This document shows positions 38,466 to 46,925 of a DNA stretch of 64,000 nt, piece after piece. Source of the stretch: Candidatus Multivoradales bacterium (GTDB lineage: Bacteria > Acidobacteriota > Thermoanaerobaculia > Multivoradales > JAHEKO01); assembly GCA_965223855.1 (NCBI GenBank), contig CBDCXM010000009.1:320001-384000 (forward strand), in the 5' to 3' direction. Position numbers and translations under genes: made by a program. The notes under the pieces were generated by a model. The model searched no databases and was not told the origin of the DNA. It saw only the letters and a program-made list of their open reading frames with translations. Position 1 is the stretch's first letter. Each line of letters opens with the position of its first letter.

Positions 38466-39800
38466 CTATGGGTCGAACGGGGCCCAGGCGTCAGCTACCT
38501 GTCGGTAGCGGTCACTGAGCCAGTCGGCGATGGCGGCCCGCTCCAGCTTGCGCTGTCCACCTGCTCGCGCGGGGGATCCGGCGTGACCGCGCACGCGCCA
38601 GCTCTCGGCAACGTCGCCGTCGTAGGCCGTCTCCGGAGCCTTCGCAACCTCGCGGTAGGCGTCACGGAACGGCTCCCCCTTCGCCACCCGCTGGTAGACG
38701 GCATCGGTTGCCGCGCTCGCAGGTTCGATCGCCGAGCGGCAGCGCTCGCGATCGACCTCGAGCCCTTCGAGCACCGGTACGAAGGTCACCAGCAGGTCGC
38801 GCGCCAGGGTCATCCCTTCGAGGAACGGCGCCTTGGTGAGCTGCAGGTCGCGGTGGTAGCCGGCGCCGACGCCGCCGTAGATATCCCCGATCTCGCCGAC
38901 CAACGAGCGCAACCGCGCCGCCGCGGCGCGGGCGATCTCGAGCGGGTCGGGGTTGCGTTTCTGCGGCATGATGCTCGAGCCGGTGGTGGTCGCGGCGCCG
39001 AGGCGCAGGAAGGCGTGCTCCTCGCCCGACCAGGCGATGAGGTCGCGGGCCAGTCGGCCGAGGTCGGTGGCGATCGCCGCGGCGACTCCGAGCACCAGCG
39101 CCTCGGTGCGGCCACGGTCGCTCTGGACGGCGACGGTGTTGACCTGCACGCGGTCGAAGCCGAGCAGCTCGGCGACCCGCTCGCGGTCGAGCGGCAGGGC
39201 AACGCCGTAGCCGGAGGCGCTGCCGAGCGGCGAGCGGTTGAGGTGGCCCCAGGCGGTCTCGATCCATGGCTGGTGGTCGAGCAACGCGTCGACCCAAGAG
39301 TCGAAGTAGTGGCCGAGCGTCGTCGGCATCGCCTGCCGGGTGTGGGTGTAGCCGGGCATGCTGGTCTCGGCGTGCTCCTGCGCCAGCCCGGCCAACGCGC
39401 CGACGGCCTCGAGGAGGGCCTTGTCGAGCTCGAGCAGCGCCTCGCGCCCCCACAGCCGCAGCGCCGCGATCACCTGATCGTTGCGGCTGCGGCCGGTGTG
39501 GATCCGCTTGCCGGCGTCGCCGAGCCTGGCCGTCAGCCGGTTCTCGATCGCGGTGTGCCCGTCCTCCTCTTCTGAGGCGATCGTGAAGTCGTCGTCCGCG
39601 GCGATCGCCGCGAGCTCCCGGCACAGCGCCTCCGCCTCTTCGGCGGAGAGCACACCGATCTCGGCGAGCATCGTTGCGTGCGCCGCGCTCGCCAGAGCGT
39701 CGTGCGGCACCAGCAGGAGGTCGAGCTCCGGGTCGCGACCGACGGTCAGTCGGGCGACGGCGGCCGACAGCGGCTCACCCTTGTCCCACAGCCGGCTCAC
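38466..39800 (-). CDS. argH: Argininosuccinate lyase
   Basis: SRLWDKG, IHTGRSRNDQ, MPGYTH, GSSIMPQKRNPD, GYHRDLQ; GTG start overlaps the argG TGA. Confidence 0.96.
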   Translation of the reverse strand: MSRLWDKGEPLSAAVARLTVGRDPELDLLLVPHDALASAAHATMLAEIGVLSAEEAEALCRELAAIAADDDFTIASEEEDGHTAIENRLTARLGDAGKRIHTGRSRNDQVIAALRLWGREALLELDKALLEAVGALAGLAQEHAETSMPGYTHTRQAMPTTLGHYFDSWVDALLDHQPWIETAWGHLNRSPLGSASGYGVALPLDRERVAELLGFDRVQVNTVAVQSDRGRTEALVLGVAAAIATDLGRLARDLIAWSGEEHAFLRLGAATTTGSSIMPQKRNPDPLEIARAAAARLRSLVGEIGDIYGGVGAGYHRDLQLTKAPFLEGMTLARDLLVTFVPVLEGLEVDRERCRSAIEPASAATDAVYQRVAKGEPFRDAYREVAKAPETAYDGDVAESWRVRGHAGSPARAGGQRKLERAAIADWLSDRYRQVADAWAPFDP

Positions 39801-41026
39801 GAGCCACTGTCGCCGAACTTGGTGATCACCCGGTGCGCCCGCAGGCGCAGCGAGTTGACGCGGATGAAGCCGCGCGCATCCTCGGCGTCGTAGCCCCCCT
39901 CGACGTCCATCGACGCGAGCGCCTGGTCGTAGAGCGAGCTCGGTGACGAGCGGCCGAGGATGGTGACCGAGCCCTTGTAGAGCCGCAGCCGCACCTCGCC
40001 GTCGATCAGCTTCTCCGACTGGTCGAAGGCGGCGCGGATGAAATCCATCTCGGGGCTGAACCAGAAGCCGTTGTAGATCAGTTCGGCGAACTTGGGTGCC
40101 AGCGAATCGCGGAGCCGCTGGACCTCTCGGTCCATGGCGATCCCCTCGAGGTCGCGCAGCGCGTGGTGGAGGATCGTGCCGCCCGGGGTCTCGTAGACGC
40201 CGCGCGACTTGATGCCGATGAAGCGGTTCTCGACGATGTCGATCCGGCCGATGCCATGGAGCCCGCCGAGTTCGTTGAGGCGGAGGAACAGCTCGAGCGG
40301 GTCGGAGATCCGACGGTAGCCGTCGTCGAGCTCGACCGGCCGCGCGTCGGCGAAGCGCAGCACGATCTCCTCCGGGTCGTCGGGGGCGTCGAGCGGCGAG
40401 CGGGTGAGCCGGAACATCTCTTCCGACGGCTCCTGCGCCGGGTCTTCGAGCATCCCCGCCTCGTAGCTGCAGTGCATCAGGTTCTCGTCGGTGCTGTAGG
40501 GCTTCGACACCGTCGCATCGACTTCGAGCCCCTGGGCGGCAGCGTACTCGAGCAGGTCCTGGCGCCCCTCGAAGCGCTCGAGGAACGCGCGGTCCTTCCA
40601 CGGCGAGACGACGTCGAGGTTGGCGGCCAGCCCCGCGTAGGCGAGTTCGAAGCGCACCTGGTCGTTGCCCTTGCCCGTGGCGCCGTGGGCGACGGCGCTC
40701 GCCCCGGTCTCGCGCGCCACCGCGATCTGCTCGCGGGCGATCAGCGGCCGCGCCAGGGCGGTGCCCAGCAGATAGCGGTTCTCGTAGATCGCGTTGCCCG
40801 CCACCGCCGGGAAGATGAAGTCGGTAACAAGCTCTTCGCGCAGGTCGCTCACGCGGACCTCGACCGCCCCCTGCTGCCTGGCGCGCTCGGCCACCGCCTC
40901 GAAGTCCTCCCGCTGGCCGACGTCGGCGACGAAGGCGACGACGTCCCACCCCTCCTCCTGAAGGAAGCGCAGGATGCAGGCCGTGTCGAGCCCGCCGCTG
41001 TAGGCGAGAACAATGCGTCGTTTCAT
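39797..41026 (-). CDS. argG: Argininosuccinate synthase
   Basis: LAYSGGLDT, YLLGTALARP, HGATGKGNDQVRFE, ENRFIGIKSRGVYETPGG. Confidence 0.97.
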   Translation of the reverse strand: MKRRIVLAYSGGLDTACILRFLQEEGWDVVAFVADVGQREDFEAVAERARQQGAVEVRVSDLREELVTDFIFPAVAGNAIYENRYLLGTALARPLIAREQIAVARETGASAVAHGATGKGNDQVRFELAYAGLAANLDVVSPWKDRAFLERFEGRQDLLEYAAAQGLEVDATVSKPYSTDENLMHCSYEAGMLEDPAQEPSEEMFRLTRSPLDAPDDPEEIVLRFADARPVELDDGYRRISDPLELFLRLNELGGLHGIGRIDIVENRFIGIKSRGVYETPGGTILHHALRDLEGIAMDREVQRLRDSLAPKFAELIYNGFWFSPEMDFIRAAFDQSEKLIDGEVRLRLYKGSVTILGRSSPSSLYDQALASMDVEGGYDAEDARGFIRVNSLRLRAHRVITKFGDSGS

Positions 41027-41144
41027 GGCGTCTCTCCGTCCGGAGGCGAGGCTACCGCCGTCTCAACTCCCGGCGCCAGTACCGCGGGTGGGGTTGTCGT
41101 CCCCGGGACCGGGGGTGCCCGCCCGCGAGGATCTATCGACCTGC

Positions 41145-42545
41145 TCAGTCCCCCCGGGTCTCGCGCTCCTGGAAGCGCTCGGCGAGCGAGCGCAGGAAAC
41201 CGCTGACCCACGGCTTGATGGCGTCGAGCTCCTCGAGCAGCTGGTCGCGGCTGACCCGCTCGACGACCGTCTCTTCGAGCGTCACGACGCTCGCGGTGCG
41301 CGGCTCCGAGGTCATGATCGCCGTCTCGCCGAAGCACTCGCCCGGCCCGATGGTGCGGAGCGACACCTTCTCCCCGTCGATCTCCTTGAACACCTCGCAC
41401 GAGCCGCTGGCGATGATGTAGGCGTGCTCGCCGGGGTCCCCCTCCCGCATCAGCAGATGCCCCGCCTCGAAGGTCTCGAGCGGCAGGCTGCCGCCGCGCA
41501 TGAAGCCGACGATGTCCTGACGCAGCTCGACGACCGTCTGCTGCCTGTCCTCGGGTTTGCGCGCCATCGCTTTCTCGAGGATCCGCACCAGCTCGCGCGG
41601 TGCTCCGGCATCGTCCGGCAGCGGGGTGAAGTGGCGCTGGCGGGCCCGCAGGATCACCGTCTCGCTGGTGCGCCCCTCGTAGGGCGGCCGGCGGGCGACG
41701 AGGAAGTAGAGCATCGCGCCGACGGCGAAGATGTCCGCCCGGGCGTCCATCTCTCCCCCGGCCGCCTGCTCGGGCGACATGTAGCCCGGGGTACCGATGA
41801 CCCTCCGCCCCCAGATCCGGGTGAACGTGCTCGACACCGGGTCGTCGATCTTCGCCAGCTCGCCGTCGGGGTCCGCCAGCCTCGCCAGCCCCCAGTCGAC
41901 CAGGTAGACCTCGCCGAACTCCCCCACCATGACGTTCTCCGGCTTGACGTCGCGATGGACGACCCCTCGCTTGTGGGCGAAGGCGAGGGCGTTGCAGACC
42001 TTGACGACCACCTCCAGGAGGTCGAAGAGGGCGCCCCGCTCGATCGGCCCGGGCGGCAGCTCACGGACGAGCTCGGCGTAGGTCCGCCCCTCGAGGAGCT
42101 TCATCGTGAAGTGGAGCCGCCCGTCCTCGGTCCTTCCCAGATCGTGGACCGGCACGATGTTGGGATGCTGCAACTGACCGGTGATCTGAGCCTCCCTCAG
42201 GAACGACTGGACCGCCTGGCGTTCGTCCTCCATCTCCGTCCGCAAGAGCTTCCGCGCCAGCCGGCGCCTCAGGGTGCGGTCGTGCAGCAGCTCGACGATC
42301 GCCATCCCGCCGCTGCCGATCTCCTCGCCCGTCTCGAAGCGCTCCTCGTCAGGCGGCAGGACGTTGGCCACCAGATCCGCCTTCGCCCGTTCGTCGAGCC
42401 GTTCCGGGGGGTCGTCGCGGGAACCGAGGAGACGCTTGAACCAACCCTTCCGCGCACCGGAACCCTCCACGCGCGTCCCCTCGAGCACGGTCGCCGTACC
42501 GCCGTGTGTGCCCGATCCGGAACCGCTGGAGCGACCTTTCGTCAC
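41145..42545 (-). CDS. Cytoplasmic Ser/Thr kinase with C-terminal cyclic-nucleotide-binding domain
   Basis: IGSGGM, HPNIVP, HRDVKPEN, VDWG, GTPGYMSPEQ; CNB motifs EGDPG..AYII.SG and FGETAIMTSEPRTASV. Confidence 0.92.
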   Translation of the reverse strand: MTKGRSSGSGSGTHGGTATVLEGTRVEGSGARKGWFKRLLGSRDDPPERLDERAKADLVANVLPPDEERFETGEEIGSGGMAIVELLHDRTLRRRLARKLLRTEMEDERQAVQSFLREAQITGQLQHPNIVPVHDLGRTEDGRLHFTMKLLEGRTYAELVRELPPGPIERGALFDLLEVVVKVCNALAFAHKRGVVHRDVKPENVMVGEFGEVYLVDWGLARLADPDGELAKIDDPVSSTFTRIWGRRVIGTPGYMSPEQAAGGEMDARADIFAVGAMLYFLVARRPPYEGRTSETVILRARQRHFTPLPDDAGAPRELVRILEKAMARKPEDRQQTVVELRQDIVGFMRGGSLPLETFEAGHLLMREGDPGEHAYIIASGSCEVFKEIDGEKVSLRTIGPGECFGETAIMTSEPRTASVVTLEETVVERVSRDQLLEELDAIKPWVSGFLRSLAERFQERETRGD

Positions 42546-42648
42546 CGGCGAATCGTATCAACGGCTTCGCCCCACGACTGTGGCAAACGAGGCTTCTCTC
42601 GCGACCTGCGCCAGGTCGTCGTCTCCCCGTCTCGTAACATGGCCGACA

Positions 42649-44826
42649 GTGAAGAAACGAGCCAAGGCCGGGGCTCCGAGCGCCCTGCGCGACTGGGCGC
42701 CGGTGGGCCTTTCGCTGGTGCTCCTCGTCGCCGCTATCGTCGCGACGGTCGCCGAGCCGACCGCGATGACGACCCTGCGTCACGCGGCGTTCGACGCCTA
42801 CCAGCGCCTGCAGCCCCGCGAGTACCGGCCGGCCCCGGTGCGGGTGATCGACATCGACGAGGAGAGTCTCGACCGGCACGGCCAGTGGCCGTGGCCGCGG
42901 ACGACGCTCGCCACGTTGATCGAACGGCTCGACGAAGCCGGAGCGCGCTCGATCGCCCTCGACGTCATGCTCGCCGAGCCGGACCGCACCTCGCCACAGC
43001 TCGCGCTCGAGAGTTGGGCCGCGGACCCGGCCGTCCGGGACCTGGTGGCGCGCCTGCCCGATCACGACGAGGCTCTCGAGAAGAGGCTCGCCGCCTCGCC
43101 GGTAGTCACCGGCTTCATCCTCGATCAGGAGACCCAGGGAGAGACGCCGCTCGAGAAGGGGAGGATGGTGCTCGCCGGCGATCCGGCCGCCGCCTTCCTG
43201 CCGCCGTTTCGCGGTGCCGTCACCTCTCTGCGAGCGTTCGAGGCCGCGGCGGCGGGCAACGGTGCCCTCAACATGATCCCGAGCAACGACGGCATCGTCC
43301 GTCAGCTGCCCCTGTTGCTCGGCCACGGCGGAGCGGTGCGGCCCGGTCTGGCCGCCGAGGCTCTGCGGGTCGCCGAGGGCGCCGACAACTACGTCGTCAA
43401 GGCGTCGGGGGCGAGCGGCGAGGGGCGCTTCGGCGGCCGCACCGGCATTGTCAACGTGCGGATCGGCGACCTCGAGCCGATCGTCACCGACGCGCGCGGC
43501 GCTGTCTGGCTCCACTACTCGGACCCGGTCCCCGAGCGCACGCTCCCGGCCTGGAAGGTGCTGGCGGGCGACGTCCCGGAAGGCGCTCTCGAAGGGGGCA
43601 TCCTCTTCCTCGGCACCTCCGCCGCGGGCCTCCACGACCTGCGCCTCGACCCACTCGGCCGGATCGCCCCGGGAGCAGAGGTGCACGCCCAGGGGATCGA
43701 GCAGATCCTGCAGGGGACCTATCTGACGAGGCCCGACTGGGCGCGGGCGGCCGAGATCCTCTTCATGGTGGCGATGTGGTTCGTGCTCGTCGCGCTGATC
43801 CTGCGCTTCGGCGCGCTGCCGGCGGCGGTGATCGGCATCGCGACGATCGCCGCCGCCTACCTCGGCTCGTGGTTCGCTTTCGATCGTCTGCGGCTGCTGC
43901 TCGATCCAACCTTTCCCTCGCTGTCGGCGCTGTCGATCTACTTTGTCTGCTCGGTGGCGCAGCACTGGCGCGCGGAGCGCGATCGCACCTGGATCCGCGA
44001 CGCCTTCTCGAGCTATATCTCGCCCAATCTCGTCCGGCACCTGATCGACAACCCCGGCGATCTCGCTCTCGGCGGCGAGCGACGCGAGTGCAGCTTCGTG
44101 ATGACCGACCTCGAGTCGTTCACCACACTGGTCGAGAACCTCGAACCGACGGTCGCCGTCAGCCTGCTCAACGAGTACCTCGACGGCATCGTCGACATCG
44201 CGCTGGCGCGCGACGGCACCATCGACCGCATCGTCGGCGACGCGGTAGCGGTGATGTTCTCGGCGCCGGCGGTGCAGCCCGACCACGCCGAACGCGCCGT
44301 CGCCTGCGCCCTCGAGATCGACGCGTTCGCCCGGCGCTTCAGCGCCGCCAGGGGCGAGCAGGGGGTCGAGGTCGGGCGGACGCGGATCGGCGTCAACACG
44401 GGCGTCGTCACCGTCGGCAACGTCGGCGGCGACCGGATCGTCGACTATCGTGCCCTCGGCGATCCGGTCAACACGGCCGCACGCCTCGAGACGGTCAACC
44501 GACACCTCGGTACCAACGTCTGCGTGAGCGCGGCGACCGTCGCCGCCTGCCCCGACTTCCACGGCCGCCCGATCGGACGCCTCCTGCTCAAGGGGAAATC
44601 CGAGGCGGTCGAGGCGTTCGAGCCGCTGTCGCGGGAAGAGGCGGCGGGGGCTTCGAACACGGCCTATCTGCGGGCGTTCGCCCTGATGGAGGAGGAGGCG
44701 GCGGAGGCCCCCGCCGCCTTCGACCGACTGCGGCAGCAACACCCCGACGACCCCCTGGTCGCCCTCCACGCCGATCGCCTCGCCGCCGGCGAGACCGGCT
44801 CGACCATCGCCTTCTCCGAGAAGTAG
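42649..44826 (+). CDS. CHASE2-domain class III nucleotidyl cyclase
   Basis: IDIDEESL..HGQWPWPR, DGIVRQLP, PGAEVHAQ (CHASE2); three TMs; catalytic TDLESFT, DRIVGD, GVNTG, GDPVNTAARLE. GTG start at 42649 inferred. Confidence 0.92.
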   Translation: MKKRAKAGAPSALRDWAPVGLSLVLLVAAIVATVAEPTAMTTLRHAAFDAYQRLQPREYRPAPVRVIDIDEESLDRHGQWPWPRTTLATLIERLDEAGARSIALDVMLAEPDRTSPQLALESWAADPAVRDLVARLPDHDEALEKRLAASPVVTGFILDQETQGETPLEKGRMVLAGDPAAAFLPPFRGAVTSLRAFEAAAAGNGALNMIPSNDGIVRQLPLLLGHGGAVRPGLAAEALRVAEGADNYVVKASGASGEGRFGGRTGIVNVRIGDLEPIVTDARGAVWLHYSDPVPERTLPAWKVLAGDVPEGALEGGILFLGTSAAGLHDLRLDPLGRIAPGAEVHAQGIEQILQGTYLTRPDWARAAEILFMVAMWFVLVALILRFGALPAAVIGIATIAAAYLGSWFAFDRLRLLLDPTFPSLSALSIYFVCSVAQHWRAERDRTWIRDAFSSYISPNLVRHLIDNPGDLALGGERRECSFVMTDLESFTTLVENLEPTVAVSLLNEYLDGIVDIALARDGTIDRIVGDAVAVMFSAPAVQPDHAERAVACALEIDAFARRFSAARGEQGVEVGRTRIGVNTGVVTVGNVGGDRIVDYRALGDPVNTAARLETVNRHLGTNVCVSAATVAACPDFHGRPIGRLLLKGKSEAVEAFEPLSREEAAGASNTAYLRAFALMEEEAAEAPAAFDRLRQQHPDDPLVALHADRLAAGETGSTIAFSEK

Positions 44827-44827
44827 C

Positions 44828-45685
44828 TCAGCGCTCGGAGGCGGCTTCGATCCGCCGGGCCTGCTCGAGCTGCGCCTCGATGTTGGCGAGCCAGGCACGG
44901 CCGTCGGCGGTGCGCGCCAGGAGTTGCATCGCCGGCTCGCAGTAGCGCTGGACGATCTTCGAGAAGAAGTGCGGGAAGTCCGCTTCGAGGTCCCGCGGGC
45001 TACCGTAGCCGAGGCGTTCATTGACGCCCGTTTCCTCGAACTCGTAGTAGAGCGCCGGGTAGCGGCGGCGGGCGTGCGGCTCCGCCACCTGCCCGAGCAG
45101 ATCGGCGGCGCGCGCGAGCCCCGGGAGGTCTTCGACCTCCTGGTAGGCGTCCTTTTCGGGCACCGGGAAACGGGTCCGATCGATGCAGGCGGTCATCCGC
45201 TCGACGTCGAGCAGCGGATGGCTCGCGAATCGCTCGCAGACGAACTGGATGGCGCGATCGACGTGGTAAGGGCCGAGAGCGGCGTCGGTCGCCTCGAGGG
45301 GAAGCTCGACCACCGCGTCGCCGATCCCGGTCGCTCGGCGACCCGGGTCGTCACCGCGGCACAGATCCGGCACGTAACCGATGTCGTGGCACAGGAGCGA
45401 TGCGAGGACGTCCAGGCGATCGCAGGCCGGCACGGTTCCGCTCCGGTCGAGCCCTTCGAGGACCGCTTTGCCGACGAGGGTGACGAGCACCGTGTGGTGA
45501 GCGTTGTGGTAGAGCGCGTTGCACGAGGCCAGCCGCCCCAGCACCTCGACCGCGATCTCCCGCAGCGCGGCCGCATGCTCCCCCGCTTCGGGATCGGCCG
45601 CGAGAAAGCCCGCCTCCAGCCGCTCGGCGACGAGTTCGACGAGGGCGGCGGAAGGCTCGAACGATGGCGCCCCGCCGCCGATCAG
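44828..45685 (-). CDS. HD-superfamily metal-dependent phosphohydrolase, putative cyclic-nucleotide phosphodiesterase
   Basis: LYHNAHH, LCHDIGY, YHVDR, AADL motifs. The frame is open upstream of the GTG at 45544 to a CTG at 45685 that overlaps the ompA-family stop; start inferred. Confidence 0.78.
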   Translation of the reverse strand: MIGGGAPSFEPSAALVELVAERLEAGFLAADPEAGEHAAALREIAVEVLGRLASCNALYHNAHHTVLVTLVGKAVLEGLDRSGTVPACDRLDVLASLLCHDIGYVPDLCRGDDPGRRATGIGDAVVELPLEATDAALGPYHVDRAIQFVCERFASHPLLDVERMTACIDRTRFPVPEKDAYQEVEDLPGLARAADLLGQVAEPHARRRYPALYYEFEETGVNERLGYGSPRDLEADFPHFFSKIVQRYCEPAMQLLARTADGRAWLANIEAQLEQARRIEAASER

Positions 45686-46356
45686 CGCACCCTGACGACG
45701 ACCCTGCGATTCCGCGGTTCGCGCACCCCGTCTCCCGTCGGCACCGCCGGTTGCGATTCACCGAACGCCTCGATGGCGATCGCCGCTGCAGGGACACCGG
45801 CCTCGATCAGCCTGTCGCGCACCGCTTCGGCCCGTCGCCGCGACAGGCCGTCGTTGAGCGTCTCGGTCCCCGAAGTGTCGGTGTGACCGGCCACCCGGAT
45901 CGCCGCAGTCGCACGCTGTCGGAGGTCTTCGAGCAGCTCGTCCATCGCCCCGTCCGCCCCGCCCGCCAGCCGGGTCGTGCCGAGCTCGAAGAGGACGGTC
46001 CAGTCCGTCGGAGCGGGAGGCTCGTGCTCGATCGCCGGAGAAAAGCCGAGCTCGAGCCCGTCGACCTCCACCGTGCGGATGTCACTCAGATCGTCGAAGG
46101 AGACCGCCTCGTAGGCGGAGTCGAGCAGCGCGCTCTCGCCGTCGCGCGTCACTTCGATCGCGCCGACAGTGCCGTCCTCGTCGGGCAGCAGGACGACGTA
46201 CTGGCGCCATTCGGGCTCCTCCTCGACCGGCTCTTCGCCACCAAGGAGCGGCAGCACCACCGAGTCAGGCGGCCACCAGTGGACCGGCACCCGCTGCGCG
46301 GCACAACCTGGAAGCAGGAGAGCTCCGATCAGCACGACCGCCCGCGCTCGGTTCAT
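45682..46356 (-). CDS. OmpA-family peptidoglycan-binding lipoprotein
   Basis: Lipobox LPGC; VAGHTD..G....N..LS.RRA..V, FGESQP, NRRV. Confidence 0.92.
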   Translation of the reverse strand: MNRARAVVLIGALLLPGCAAQRVPVHWWPPDSVVLPLLGGEEPVEEEPEWRQYVVLLPDEDGTVGAIEVTRDGESALLDSAYEAVSFDDLSDIRTVEVDGLELGFSPAIEHEPPAPTDWTVLFELGTTRLAGGADGAMDELLEDLRQRATAAIRVAGHTDTSGTETLNDGLSRRRAEAVRDRLIEAGVPAAAIAIEAFGESQPAVPTGDGVREPRNRRVVVRVR

Positions 46357-46799
46357 TCGGCTGCGCTCTCCAACCTCACGAGAAATCGCGTGCCTCGGAT
46401 CCCGATCGTGCCGACCGGGGTCTCCACGTTCGCCGATTCGGGCGACAGCTTGGCGATCAGGCCGGAGACGTAGAGCAGCGTGCCGCGGGCGAGGCGGGAG
46501 AGGAACGCCCCCTCGCTCGCACCCGCCTCGTAGACGTACTCGTCGATCGTGAGACTGGTGTCGGGGCCGATCGACAGTCGGGAGTCGTCGATGAACAGCA
46601 CCCCCAGGGCGCCGTCGGATCCGGTCTCCAGGGTGTCGTCCTGGAACACCGCGGCGCCCAGCTCGGCAGCGCTGCGCTCCCCGCCCGACACGATGAAGGC
46701 ACTTCCACTCAACTCCTTGACGTGGCCGACGGGCTCGGACGCCGCGACGGCACCGGCCGAGAGGACCACGAGAACCAACCAGAGACGGCGATGCATCAC
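46353..46799 (-). CDS. Small periplasmic FecR-domain protein
   Basis: Signal peptide; D.LETG.DG...VLFIDDSRLSIGPDT, ETPVGTIGIRGT; 4-nt overlap with the ompA-family gene. Confidence 0.85.
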   Translation of the reverse strand: MMHRRLWLVLVVLSAGAVAASEPVGHVKELSGSAFIVSGGERSAAELGAAVFQDDTLETGSDGALGVLFIDDSRLSIGPDTSLTIDEYVYEAGASEGAFLSRLARGTLLYVSGLIAKLSPESANVETPVGTIGIRGTRFLVRLESAAE

Positions 46800-46925
46800 C
46801 TCTCCCTTCCCTTCAGATGGCTGTTACACGACCCTCACAGAATAGCACCGCCACCTCGCCGGGCAGCTGCCGACAGCGCCACACAGGTCGAAAAATCGCT
46901 ATGACAGACTACCGACACCCTACCC

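Noticed and set aside
41145-44826. Cyclase + CNB effector as a Pycsar anti-phage system
   Set aside because: The cyclase is a CHASE2 membrane receptor, the genes are divergent, there is no CNB-TIR or CNB-TM effector, and no defence-island context.
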